From positions 1 through 64,000 of the forward strand of contig MU005957.1 of NCBI GenBank assembly GCA_010093745.1: a DNA stretch of 64,000 nt, read 5' to 3'. The notes under the pieces were generated by a model. It worked only from the letters and a program-made list of their open reading frames with translations. It did not search any database and was not told where the DNA came from. Position 1 is the stretch's first letter. Each line of letters opens with the position of its first letter. Source of the stretch: Piedraia hortae CBS 480.64 (Eukaryota). Below are positions 1 through 10,446 of this stretch, piece after piece. The position numbers and the translations under genes were made by a program.

Positions 1-1235
1 ATTAGTAACCGTCGCTCGGCTCTCGACTTCACGCGTCAACTAGTTTTCCGTAGAGATTTGTATGCAGGTACACATCTGCTCACAATTATAATAGAAACCC
101 TATCGCTAAAGCGGAACTGCACTACCAATATGGACGCCTCGTTACACCGTCGCGTCGTAACCTGCGGTGCCGTATATGCTCCTCGCCGTCGGTGCCAGCA
201 ATCCGTCTACACACCCATGGGGAGCATGAAGCGATCGAGGCTCAATGCGTCCGCGGTGAGGGTATGACATCCCTTTCCCCTATCCACTGTTAGCAACCCG
301 GCATAGATACAATCTTGCGGCGAAACTCACATAACACGAAACGTCGCCGGGGCAGTTATGCTGCTACTTTCAGCCTGCAAAGCCCTGTCAGAGTTAGTTT
401 AAGTTATTGCAGACGATCAAGGTTCAAACTTACGCTGTGCCAAGCCCCAATCCCACTTCTTTGTAGCGGTGCTTGCAGATTTTACACTTGTCGGAGGACT
501 CGGTTTTGTTGATCGCTCCGCAAGGGAGAGTCCCATGGTACGCGGAATTGCATGGGCCAGTGCGTGCAGACTTGGTAACAGAGATGGATACTTGCTTGAG
601 GTCAGGTTGCTTCGCAACACGGCAGGGAGGGGGCATTAGAAGTATTTCATCCGATTTGGATGCTAACCCTGGGATTTCGGTCTTGGTGGACATCACGATG
701 GCCGGAAGGATGGTCGATTCGCGAGCAGTGGCTGGGTTGGAGGGCTCGCCTTGGGCCCCCGGCTTGGCTGATTGCTTCCGATCGTTGATGGGATCAGCGC
801 CGACAGGTTCAGCCGGATGCATTTGTAGGTCTGTTATGTATGTGGTCGACATTTTTCGTGGGAGTTAGAACTGTGGGTTGTCGTGCACGCGTGTGCACAT
901 GGCCGTTGAGAGAAGAGAGCAGGACATGTCACTTGGATGTGGATGAGCTGTGAGAATAGAGAGGGGTGAGGAGATTAGGATGGTGTACATGTCACTGGTA
1001 GAGTTTGTGTAACGCGGGATGGGATATTGGTCAGTGGTGCTGGTGGTATCCCGCTCCATGAGGAGCTCAATAGATGAATGTGGGAAGAAGAGACGGTGAG
1101 ACGAATGAGAGGATGACGTGATGAACAGATGTCAACCAATGTCTTCCCCAGTGGGAGTAATCCCTCTATATCTAAGCAGGCATTAGTCTAAGGCCCGGTA
1201 AAACAACATCAGAAAACCAAACCCAACACAAAACC

Positions 1236-2100
1236 TCAAAGCATGCCATACATGTCAAGTACACAGGCAGCCAGACACACAACCCGCGTCACAATTGGAA
1301 CGTTTGTAAGTCCTCGACGAGATGGCTTTAAGATAGGTGGAATATATGTCACGTTAGTGGATGTGGGTGCCTTGGTATCGGCTTGCCCCTTGTGGATTTT
1401 TCCTACCACGTTGGATAGGGAATTGGTGATGGTGCAGAGCGTGGAGTACACATCGATTTGTGTCTGCGGTGCCGTAGCAAGATGTGAGGACAGGGTGACC
1501 AGCTGGGCGTGGATCTTGTTTGCCTCCGTGATCCATAATCATAGCTCCATGCGTGCGAAGGTGCTGGGATCGAAATGGGCTCGCCATGCATTTTCGACCG
1601 CCCGTAGGGCTAGAGGGAGATCGGCCTTCATTGCATGGAAGATTCGGGCAAGATTTAGCTCCAGCGAGCATGGCCATTTTCCTTCGGAGACCCGTTGGAG
1701 AACATCGGGTGACATGCTGCCGATGACACCCATGTTGACTTGGTCCGCTCGTCCCTCCAGTCATCCGTGCTTCACCTTGTCCGAGGTGTACTTGGTCATG
1801 ACGGCGTTTTATGCCCTGGTTTCCACGTCATAAATGGTGATAGACAGGCCCTCGGTGCCATTGGGCCGTGGTGCCTCTGGTTCGGCGAGCGGGGAAAAGG
1901 AGTCCTTTATGCCGGCCTTGGGGTCCACGTAATGCCAGATGTCGAACTTGACGACATTTCGGCTCGATCCTAGGCTGCACGTTGTCGCGATCAATGAAGA
2001 TAAGATTCTAGGGAAATGATAGTGATGGGGGAATGAATTTGGAAGATCGATCCAACATCGATGGTAGTTCAGCAGACACGAGGGCTCATAACTGTTGAGC
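1236..2100 (-). mobile_element. Degenerate Ty1/copia LTR-retrotransposon 5' relic (LTR end, primer-binding site, disrupted gag)
   Basis: The minus strand reads ...GCTCAACA|GTTATGAGCCCT at 2100-2081: an LTR-type CAACA end followed by a copia-type half-tRNAiMet PBS (consensus GGTTATGRGCCC). ORFs 1809-2144, 1539-1733 and 1236-1451 share one frame separated by stops and contain 'FDIWHYVDP...LAEPEAP', typical of fungal copia Gag N-termini. No pol found. Confidence 0.65.
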
Positions 2101-2639
2101 TCTATGGATGGTGACGACACCCATCTCACCGTCCACAATTCCAAAGTTGTATGGTATAACTGTCTTGCTTTGATTTTGGAGAGGTGCTGTCACCTCCCTA
2201 TCAGTACCAGTCCGATGCACTTGAAACGTCATTCGACAAGATTTAGCCGGAAAAACGCCTGGAAATGAGATCTTGTGACATGGGAATATTCAGTAGAGAA
2301 GATGGGTAATACCTATGCACATCGGCAGGCACACTCAGTCACAAGTTTCCGCGCACCCCTCACCTTCCCTCCTCCATGGAAAAAAACAAATTAATCCAAA
2401 GAGTATGTGTTAGACTGTGAGACGAGGTACTAGATACCGCGACCATGGACATAAGTTCGAGTCAAATACCATATTTAATAGGGGTGTGGCTATGCGCAAC
2501 TTCCTTCCCCTTACACTGGAGACAACTTCGGGGTATAATTCGCGTTACGGATTCGAATGAAGCCGAAACTCTCGAAATATCGTCTAGTAGCTTTTAGTTT
2601 GTTCCCTACGTCGTTCTTCTCTTATCAGACGTAGTAGGG

Positions 2640-3300
2640 AGGATGATCCCTTACGTCGTTTTTGGCCAACCAGCCCAGACCACAAGCATGAAAGCTGTCA
2701 AGGATGATACAGAGGAGAAGCACTCCCCATTCTCTCAATCTCAGCCCAAGCTTTCCATTTGTTTGGCTGCGTCAAGACACGGGACACCTCCCTATCGTGT
2801 GTTTAAACCAAACCCGCCTTTGATGCTAATCTGCAAATGCGATGATCAAACCGCCCGGCCAAGACGGCCAAGTATTAGCTCCTCTGAAAGGTCTTTGCAA
2901 TCTTCACGTTTTAAGGAGACTTGGAAGATAATCTGTGTTCATGTTCAAACCACGCGACCAAACCGGCCAAATGTTGGATGGTAAATGCATCCAGAAAAGA
3001 ATCCTTTGTGAGATCCTCGCGAGTTTTTCCCGTACGAGGAGGGAGATCTGCTCCGAATATATGTCATCCGGCAACTTCGGAGTTTATATTTCATTTCCAT
3101 TTGGTTGCATGCAAACACCGCACACACACCATTATAGACGCCTATTGAACTAGAGGCAGGCCATATGCGTGAGTGACAGCCTCATCAGGTTCGCGGATCT
3201 TCCTCTGGGAACGGTACCCCCCTTGAGTTGAAGTTTTTGTTCGCCTCTGAGGAAAGCAGCGAATTTTCCTTCCGTCTGTAATTAAATCATCCTGGGGTTG
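2640..3300. repeat. Degenerate local repeat family, copy A
   Basis: Colinear blocks shared with 4400-4850 and 5085-6000: CCAACCAGCCC..AAAGCTGTC..GGCTGCGTCAAGACA..AAACCAAACC, GCGAGTTTT..CCGTACGAG and TTCGGAGTTTATAT. Confidence 0.8.
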
Positions 3301-4399
3301 TATTCCGTGTTGTTGGCACAAGAAAGCCGCAGATTGGATAAATCACCTGAACAGTCCACACCATTACGAGAAAGGCAAAATTCCTGCTTTGCTTTTATGT
3401 CTCGGCCACCAAAGGAGCGTTGTAAACATCAGGCAATCTCACTCGCCCTGCTTCTTGGTTCAACCATTGCGTTCCTTGGCTGAATGTACACCATTCGTGT
3501 TCCATGGTCTTGAGATGATGGTTTGTCCCAACAAGGCGGGATAGCTCTGATGATGCAGGAACCAATCAGGTAGCCATTAGTCATGCTTTCCAGCGCCGAA
3601 GTACTGATCGTAGGGAAGCTTAGATTCATCAACTTTTGGGTGGCTCACCGGCCCGGCTTCTGCTTGAGCAATTCAGACGCAGGACAGCCTCTTTTTTGGT
3701 TGTTTACTGATCCGAATTCCTTTCGAGCACGCAGGCCAGCTATTAAGGAGGCGGTGCATCCATCCCGAAATACTCCTTTACCTTTTTATATGGAGTCATG
3801 ATATCTTCGGTATTGAGTCGAAGCTCAGCAAGGCCAGCATATGAAAGCTGAGTGTGCAACAATCGGAGAATCGATTCTTTGCTTTCATCCATGACATCCT
3901 CGGTAGGAAAGAGCCGGCACCAAGGCGACCAGCCTAGTAAAAATTACTACTCCAGAAGGTCTTCCCAGCTTAGGATGCTGTGCGTGCAGTACTAGGGAAC
4001 AAAGTGGTTAGTCTTTCCACGTAACATTTCTCCTCTGAGTTGATGGCTGAGAAAGGACGTCAGGAAGTCGACTACTCCAAAGTCGTCCCAGTGAGTTTTG
4101 CCGTTCCATTTCCAAGACGACCTGGATCGGATTGCTTGCCTTGAAACCAGAAAGTCGAACGCGAGGAGAAGTTGGCATGCTTACATGCATAACATTCTCT
4201 GGAATGATCCCAAATTCTGAGATATTTGGCAATGTAGGCCAAGACCCAGGGCAAGAGAACAGCTCTATATTCCCTTTCAAATGCCAATTCCAATACGACA
4301 TGTACTTGTCCGTCCATTGGAGGTCGAACCAGTCTGGGCCGAAGCGTGACATTAGGTTGGCTGCATTAGAAAAGTGGAAACTCTCTACTGTCTTCCAGA

Positions 4400-4850
4400 A
4401 CCCAATGTCGAGATGGAATCGATTCGTCTGGCCATAAGAGACAGGGGCGTCTGTATTTTCGTTCCTGATGATCCAGTCCAGTCCAGAAATGTATGGTTCG
4501 TCTGATCTTTTGAAACGAAGAAGAGACTCTGTATCATTAGTCTGGACCCAACCCGGGCCTGGGTTGGGTAAGTGATGTATGGCTCATGAGGTATTCGCCT
4601 GGGAAAGGAAAGAATCTCAATTTTCTTCCAAGCCAATGCAAATCTGCAAAGCTGACGATCAGACCACCCGGTCAAGACTGCTATATATTGGGTGGCATAT
4701 ATGACCAGAACGGGCTCTATTGCGAGACCTCTGCGAGTTTTCTCCGTACGAGGATGGATATTCTGCTCCGAACCAATTTGATCCGGGAAGTTCGGAGTTT
4801 ATATGTCATCTTCATTTGGTGCAAGCACACGCCCTCACACACGATTTTGG
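4400..4850. repeat. Degenerate local repeat family, copy B
   Basis: GAGATGGAATCGATTCGTCTGGCCAT (~4410) matches ~5086. GACGATCAGACCACCCGG and GCGAGTTTTCTCCGTACGAG..TTCGGAGTTTATATGTCATCTTCATTTG match copies A and C. Confidence 0.8.
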
Positions 4851-5084
4851 AGGAGTTTGCTGAGGTCGCTTTGACAGAGACGCCCAGATATTGTGATGGC
4901 TTATGCAGAACGATTTTTTCCGCACAATTAATCATCTGAAAAATCTTTGCGTTTCTTCCCCGTTCGTGGAACATCTCCCAGCCATGTCATACTCCCATCC
5001 AAGTGTTAACGGGAACGACATTTGGCTTCGGCATGGTAAGCCAAGATGCACAAAGGCTCTCTGATTACTTCAAGAGTCGGATCT

Positions 5085-6000
5085 CGAGATGGAATGGATT
5101 CGTCTGGCCATTAGAGGGAGGATGACATCTCGCTTCGTTATTTACCAACCAGCCCTGGTAAAAAGCATAAAGCTGTCGAGGATGACCGAGGACGGAGGCA
5201 CTTCCATCATCTCAGCCTCGATTCAAGCTTTCCATCTGCTTGGCTGCGTCAAGACAGGAGACATCTCTCTATTGTCTTCTAAACCAAACCTGATCTCGAT
5301 CCAAATCTGCCAATGTGACGATCAAGCCACCCAGCCAAGTTGGCCGCATATCGAGTAGCATATGCGTCCAGAAAGGGAACAGTTGCGAGGCCGTTGCGAG
5401 TTTTCCCCGTACGAGAAGGGAGATTCCACCGTCTGGAACAACCCCATCTGGAAATTTCGGAGTTTATATGTCATCTTCATTTGATGCAAGCAAACACCTC
5501 CATGCACAGTTTTGGAGTTATCTGTTGAGGTCGTTTTGGCTGAGACGCGGAACCATCTTTCTTTGGGGGGTTTGGCCACAGCATGTTTTCTTCAATAAAC
5601 TGCAGGCAAACGCCACACATACGGCATTGGTCTGTTATGGCTGCAACTCGAGGCGCCATATGTATGAGCGGCAGACACAACCTCCTTTCTCAATGGGATC
5701 GCAGACACAATATGTCTTCTTCGATAAGCTGCAGGAAAACGCCGCACACAGCATTAGAGTAGGGTTTTGAACTCTTGGCGGAGGCAGACAATTCTTGGAT
5801 GACAATGCACAACTCTCTTTCTGTGGAAGGGGCTTATCTTGCGCACATCTGCATTTTCCGGAAAAAAATCCTCTCCGAATCGGTTTTGAAAACGACATGT
5901 CTCAGCTTCATCGGGCTTGCAGATCTTCCTTGAGGATGTTATCCCATTGGGTTGAAGTTTTCCCACAATGATGGGAAAGGCGAGTTTTGTCTTTTGCTCT
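5085..6000. repeat. Degenerate local repeat family, copy C, with an internal ~50-bp duplication
   Basis: Matches copies A and B. Internal direct repeat TTCTTCAATAAACTGCAGGCAAACGCC (~5588) / TTCTTCGATAAGCTGCAGGAAAACGCC (~5717). Confidence 0.8.
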
Positions 6001-6651
6001 TGTACGGGTGGTTTTTGGTTCCCAAGGCAGTGAGACGCAGTCTGTTGAGACAAGGCTACGGATAATCGGCCATCTGGAGGCTGAGGTATGTTTCCAGAGG
6101 CATTGAGTTGTCTTCTCTTGAGATCAGGCCGCTAATTTCATCTTTTCGGTATATTTTGGAAAGCTAAATCGAATCGACTTCTCTAGTATCGTCCAACAGC
6201 CAATGAAGGGACGAAGCTGCCAGGAGATATTTAAGGATAAACCCAATGTTAGTCGATCCCCAGGTTCCTCTGTTTCTCCAGAACACACTGGAGTGGAAGG
6301 GAAGAAGAGTAGGGGAGGGAGGGGTATCTATACCCCTTGAGGAGCAGCTGTTAATGGGGGTGGGTTCGTGTGAAGGTACTCTTGATACATATGACAGAGA
6401 ATGTTTGTGCGTACACCGAGCAGCATGCTCGCACAAAGGGGATAGATGATCCCATGAACAGAACTGATTTCCTGTGACCATAACCTTCATACACGGTGAT
6501 TCTCGTGGGCATCATATGCACACGCGTAAAAGTGTCATCGAATTACAAAGTCCGCTTCCATCAGCATGAAGTACATCCCGTATTCATCCACACACGTACC
6601 CCATCCGAGAAGAAAAAGAAAATGAAGCAAAATGCATACATACACATTTCA

Positions 6652-6696
6652 NNNNNNNNNNNNNNNNNNNNNNNNNNNNNNNNNNNNNNNNNNNNN
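6652..6696. other. Assembly gap (45 N)
   Basis: Run of N that hides the CDC45 stop codon. Confidence 1.
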
Positions 6697-9063
6697 AACA
6701 GCCCTCAAAGCCAACCCTTCCAAGAACCCCGCAAAATCCTCCTTCTTAACCTCAACAACACAGTGCTCGAACGAATCAATCCTGACCCTCGCATTCGTCT
6801 CTTCAACAACACTCTGGAAGGCATTTCCGAAGCAATTCCCTTTCTGTCGTGTAGGGGCATCCTCATGGGAGGGCAGCCTGTCATCCTCACTTTCACTTTC
6901 GTCAGAAGTCTCGCTCTCCTCACTCTCACTCCCTTCCTCATCGTCACTCTCAAAAACCCCAACCGCCTCCCTCCTCTCCCTTTGCTTGATCCGTTCCCTC
7001 TCCTTTTCCAGTTTCCTCTCAGCTTTTTTCCTCTCCCTCTCTTCCTGCTTCTTTCTTCTAGCCTCCTCCCTTTTTTTCCTCTCAGCTTTACTCGTACCTT
7101 TCACCCCCTCCCTACTCAGCCCCACAACGAGATAAACCCCCCGTTCCTCCACCAGCGCGCCTAGTACAACCGCTTGACCCTCTCCACCCTCCCTCCCAGC
7201 CTCCCCCTCGGCAGCCGTGATAGCCTCTGCAATCCACCCCCCCAACCTGACCAACGCCCCGGGATGGCTGAATAGCCCCAAATCCGGCCCATCCCTCAAC
7301 ACCGCCATTCTGAACGATCGTAGGTGTCTTATCTGCTTTTTCGCGAGGAGGGCAGATCCCGTCCTCAGCACCGCACGCGCGAGGGTTTGTGTTAGATTTA
7401 TTGACGATTGGAGGGTCGGCAAGCCCCGGCGGGAGAGCGCATCATAAGCGGCGAAGAAGCGTTTCGTCGTGAAATCTTGTGTGGAAGGGGGGGAGGATGT
7501 GGGTGGTGTGGGTAACGAGGAAAGGAGGCGGGTGGAGTAGCTCTGCTCTTGGGGGATGCCTCCACTCCCACCGCCGCCCGATGCGCTTGGTATGCTTGGT
7601 ATATTCGCCCCACTCACCCCACAAAAGGGTTCTTCCGAATTTTCCGCCCCAACTTCAAGGATAGAGGACACGACGAGTGCGACATCAACAGCCGAAAACG
7701 TAGCCGCCCATCCCCACGACCTCACGAACCCCCATTCGTCTTTTGACGAGGGGACGAGCCCGTGGAGGTTATATTGCTCCGCGAACTTTTCCAGCCTCTG
7801 GTTCAACGACTTTTTCAAATCCAAAGGGAGATGGAGATACCCCTGCGCGGCCTCGGCGAGGGAGATTCCCATTTTGGCCAAAAGTTTATTCAACCTCTTC
7901 CTCCCCTGCTCGTTCCAGACATGCAGGCGGGTAGAGAGATAAGTACTATGCAGCATACTATCGTATAAACTCCAGTGACGGATGAGGATGAATGCCGGTT
8001 CCGGGGAGAGACGGATCGAGGTATCGGTTGGAGAGCGGGCGGATGTAGTTGGGTATTCCACTGGGCGGGAGTCAATTGGGGGGTTCATTCTTCGGACTTC
8101 GTCGCGGAGGAGGGATTTGATTAAGGAAAGCTTGTTGCGGCCGGGGAGGGAGTTGGTGAATGGGGATAAGGAACATGATTCGACTCCGACAATGGCGAGC
8201 CAGAGGAGCTCGTTATCTGCTCGGCCGAGGTCGGAGGCGAGGCTGAAGAAGAGGGATGAGGAGGGCTCGGAGGTCCAGCTTCCGGAGGTGTAGTGGTTTT
8301 CTACAGCGGTTTCATATTTATTTTTCAGTCGGATGAACTCCCGTTTTTGTTGTTGCAGGACCTCGCCGGGAGAGGGCGGCGGAGACGCTTCATCCTCAAG
8401 CTGCGACGACGGAGGCGGCTCCGAACCCTTCCTCCTCTGTCTCGGCCTCTCGTCCTCAGCATCACTCCAACTCCCCTTTCTCTTCCTTTTACCATCCACA
8501 AGATCCTCGTCCTCCACACCATCCATCTCCCTCAGCGCAAGAAAGGCCTCAATCTCTCCCTGCAGATGCGCCTCCACATCGCCATCATCCCACACCACCA
8601 CCCCCGCGCTCGGCAGAAACGAAGTGTGCACCCTCCCCATCTTGACCCCCGGGGTGGGAGCCTCTCCGGGCACAGCAATCAAATTCTCCAAATTCCACGG
8701 CCGTCGTGGATCAACAACCCACACCACCACGCCGTCCCCCTCCACCAACTCCCCCGCAAGAAACTCAGTCAAATGCACCCCGCCCCCACATCCAATGAGA
8801 ACAACAAGTCCCCCTTCCCCCCCCAACGAAATCCTGCGGGGTTTGACAAGCCTCTCCCCGGCATCCTGCAACTCCGCGTAGCCAGAGACGGGGACGACGG
8901 TATGCGGGATGAAGTCGCCTTTGAGGAGGGATGTAAAGATCTGTACCGCGCAGAGGGCATCAACCGTCAGGGCAGTAATGACAACCACGGGCGGGGAGGA
9001 GGGCGAACTCGTGCGCAAAAGGTGGGTGTATATCCGCGCGAGTTGCGTGCGGGGGAGGTACAT
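6697..9063 (-). CDS. CDC45: DNA replication initiation factor Cdc45 (3' end runs into the gap)
   Basis: ~790-aa intronless ORF with Cdc45 hallmarks: 'VDALCA..I...LLK.DFIPH', 'VDPRRPWNLEN', 'F.LIRHWSLYDSMLHS', 'KLLAKMGISL', 'N.FGNAFQ.V...ARVRIDSFE'. Confidence 0.97.
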
Positions 9064-9119
9064 TTCTGAGAAGAGTAGGGCGTGTGAGTTAGGGGTGGGG
9101 GAGATATTCGTTCGATTAG

Positions 9120-9265
9120 GGAGGCGGCGCGTCAGCGTTGGATTACAGTCGCGACGGCAGTTAGCAGCGCGTCAGATCAATTACAGATGTCGCGCACGCG
9201 CCGCCCCACTTTGACGGATCTACCCATACTTCGGATCTACCCACTGCAATGCGGATCTACCCTCT
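9120..9265. promoter_or_regulatory. Divergent CDC45/GRH1 promoter with five CGCG (MCB-like) cores and three CGGATCTACCC copies
   Basis: GCGCGTCAG twice, TCGCGA and TCGCGCACGCGC within 9127-9201. CGGATCTACCC at 9215, 9232 and 9252. Confidence 0.55.
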
Positions 9266-9313
9266 AGCCGAAAGAGGAATTTAACATCACCCATTCAAGC
9301 TGTATGGGAGGAC

Positions 9314-10261
9314 ATGGCGTCCGTCTTCGCAACGCTGAACCGTCTAATCGGTGCTCTCGACTCTGAGCCCTTCAACAATGACGAGTGGGGATTCCAGGTT
9401 CTCTCTTCCCAAACCCCCCTCCTCGACCCATACTTCGACTTCCTAACAACCCTCAACGCCCGCCGGATCACCGACGGTAGCATTCCCCCCTTCCTAGCCG
9501 AAATCTCAACAACAGCCTCCCGAACCGGAGGCGTCAACCTCGGGGTTTACTCCACCAAAACCCACCGAACACGCGACCTCTATCTCCCCTTCGATGGGGA
9601 TGGAAAACTAAACCTCACCCTCCAGTGGTGTCCCCTCGGGGTAGTGGAAAAAAGCACATGGCATGTTCTCGACATCGCCCCCAACTCTCCCGCCGAGAAG
9701 GCAGAGCTACTCCCGTATAGTGATTATATCATCGGCTCCCCAGAGGGGCTGTTGTTCGGCGAGGCCTCGCTCGCGAATCTAGTGGAGGGTTTTTTGGAAA
9801 GGGAGTGCAGATTTTGGGTTTATAATTTTGAGTTTGATGTGGTGAGGTTGGTGAGGATTACGCCGTCGAGGGGGTGGGGGGGCGAGGGCGCGTTGGGGTG
9901 TATGTTGGGTTTTGGGGCGCTGCATAGGATTCCCACCCCGTTGGAGGAGGGGCCTGTACAGGAGGAGGGGGAGATGTTGTTTGATGTTAATGGGAGGGGG
10001 GGGTCGGTGTATGAGGCGGGGGTGGGGGATGCTGCGCAGAAGCAGGTGGAGATGGTGAGTGCGGCACAGACACAGAGACAGATGGCTGTGACTGCGCAGA
10101 CGAAAGGGGGGAAGAAACAGAGTAAAGCGACGGCAGGGCTGGATGAGTATTTTAAAGAGGGAGAGGAGAAGTCAAGACAGATCGATAGGCCTTCGTCGGC
10201 GAAACCGGCTGATTTGCCGCCTCCGCCGAAGAGGAAGACGAAGGGGGAGGATGAAGAGTAA
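9314..10261 (+). CDS. GRH1: Golgi reassembly-stacking protein (GRASP55/65 family)
   Basis: 'WHVLDIAPNSPA..A.LLPYSDYIIGSPEG' and 'P.RGWGGEGALGC.LGFGALHRIP' mark the GRASP PDZ tandem. Amphipathic N-terminus 'FATLNRLIGALD'. Confidence 0.95.
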   Translation: MASVFATLNRLIGALDSEPFNNDEWGFQVLSSQTPLLDPYFDFLTTLNARRITDGSIPPFLAEISTTASRTGGVNLGVYSTKTHRTRDLYLPFDGDGKLNLTLQWCPLGVVEKSTWHVLDIAPNSPAEKAELLPYSDYIIGSPEGLLFGEASLANLVEGFLERECRFWVYNFEFDVVRLVRITPSRGWGGEGALGCMLGFGALHRIPTPLEEGPVQEEGEMLFDVNGRGGSVYEAGVGDAAQKQVEMVSAAQTQRQMAVTAQTKGGKKQSKATAGLDEYFKEGEEKSRQIDRPSSAKPADLPPPPKRKTKGEDEE

Positions 10262-10446
10262 CGTAATCCATGTATCCCCAAGTTCGTGTTGCGATAATCA
10301 CCCATCCACTGATGACGGGACAATAAGTCATGAATGCCTCCCTACCAGCCAGCAACCACCAACCCTCGCAATTGAAAACATAACAATGCATCATTAATGC
10401 TCATCTACCGCAATGCTCTAGCCATCCCACCTCCCAACACTGCCTC

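Noticed and set aside
430..868. Overlapping 131-140 aa ORFs near the left end
   Set aside because: No recognisable motifs; probably decayed element sequence.
6367..6495. Possible MITE or solo LTR with TGTGAAGGT/ACCTTCATA ends
   Set aside because: Imperfect inverted ends and no target-site duplication.
9215..9262. CRISPR-like repeat-spacer array
   Set aside because: Repeats of 11 bp with 6-9 bp spacers, a eukaryotic context and no cas genes.
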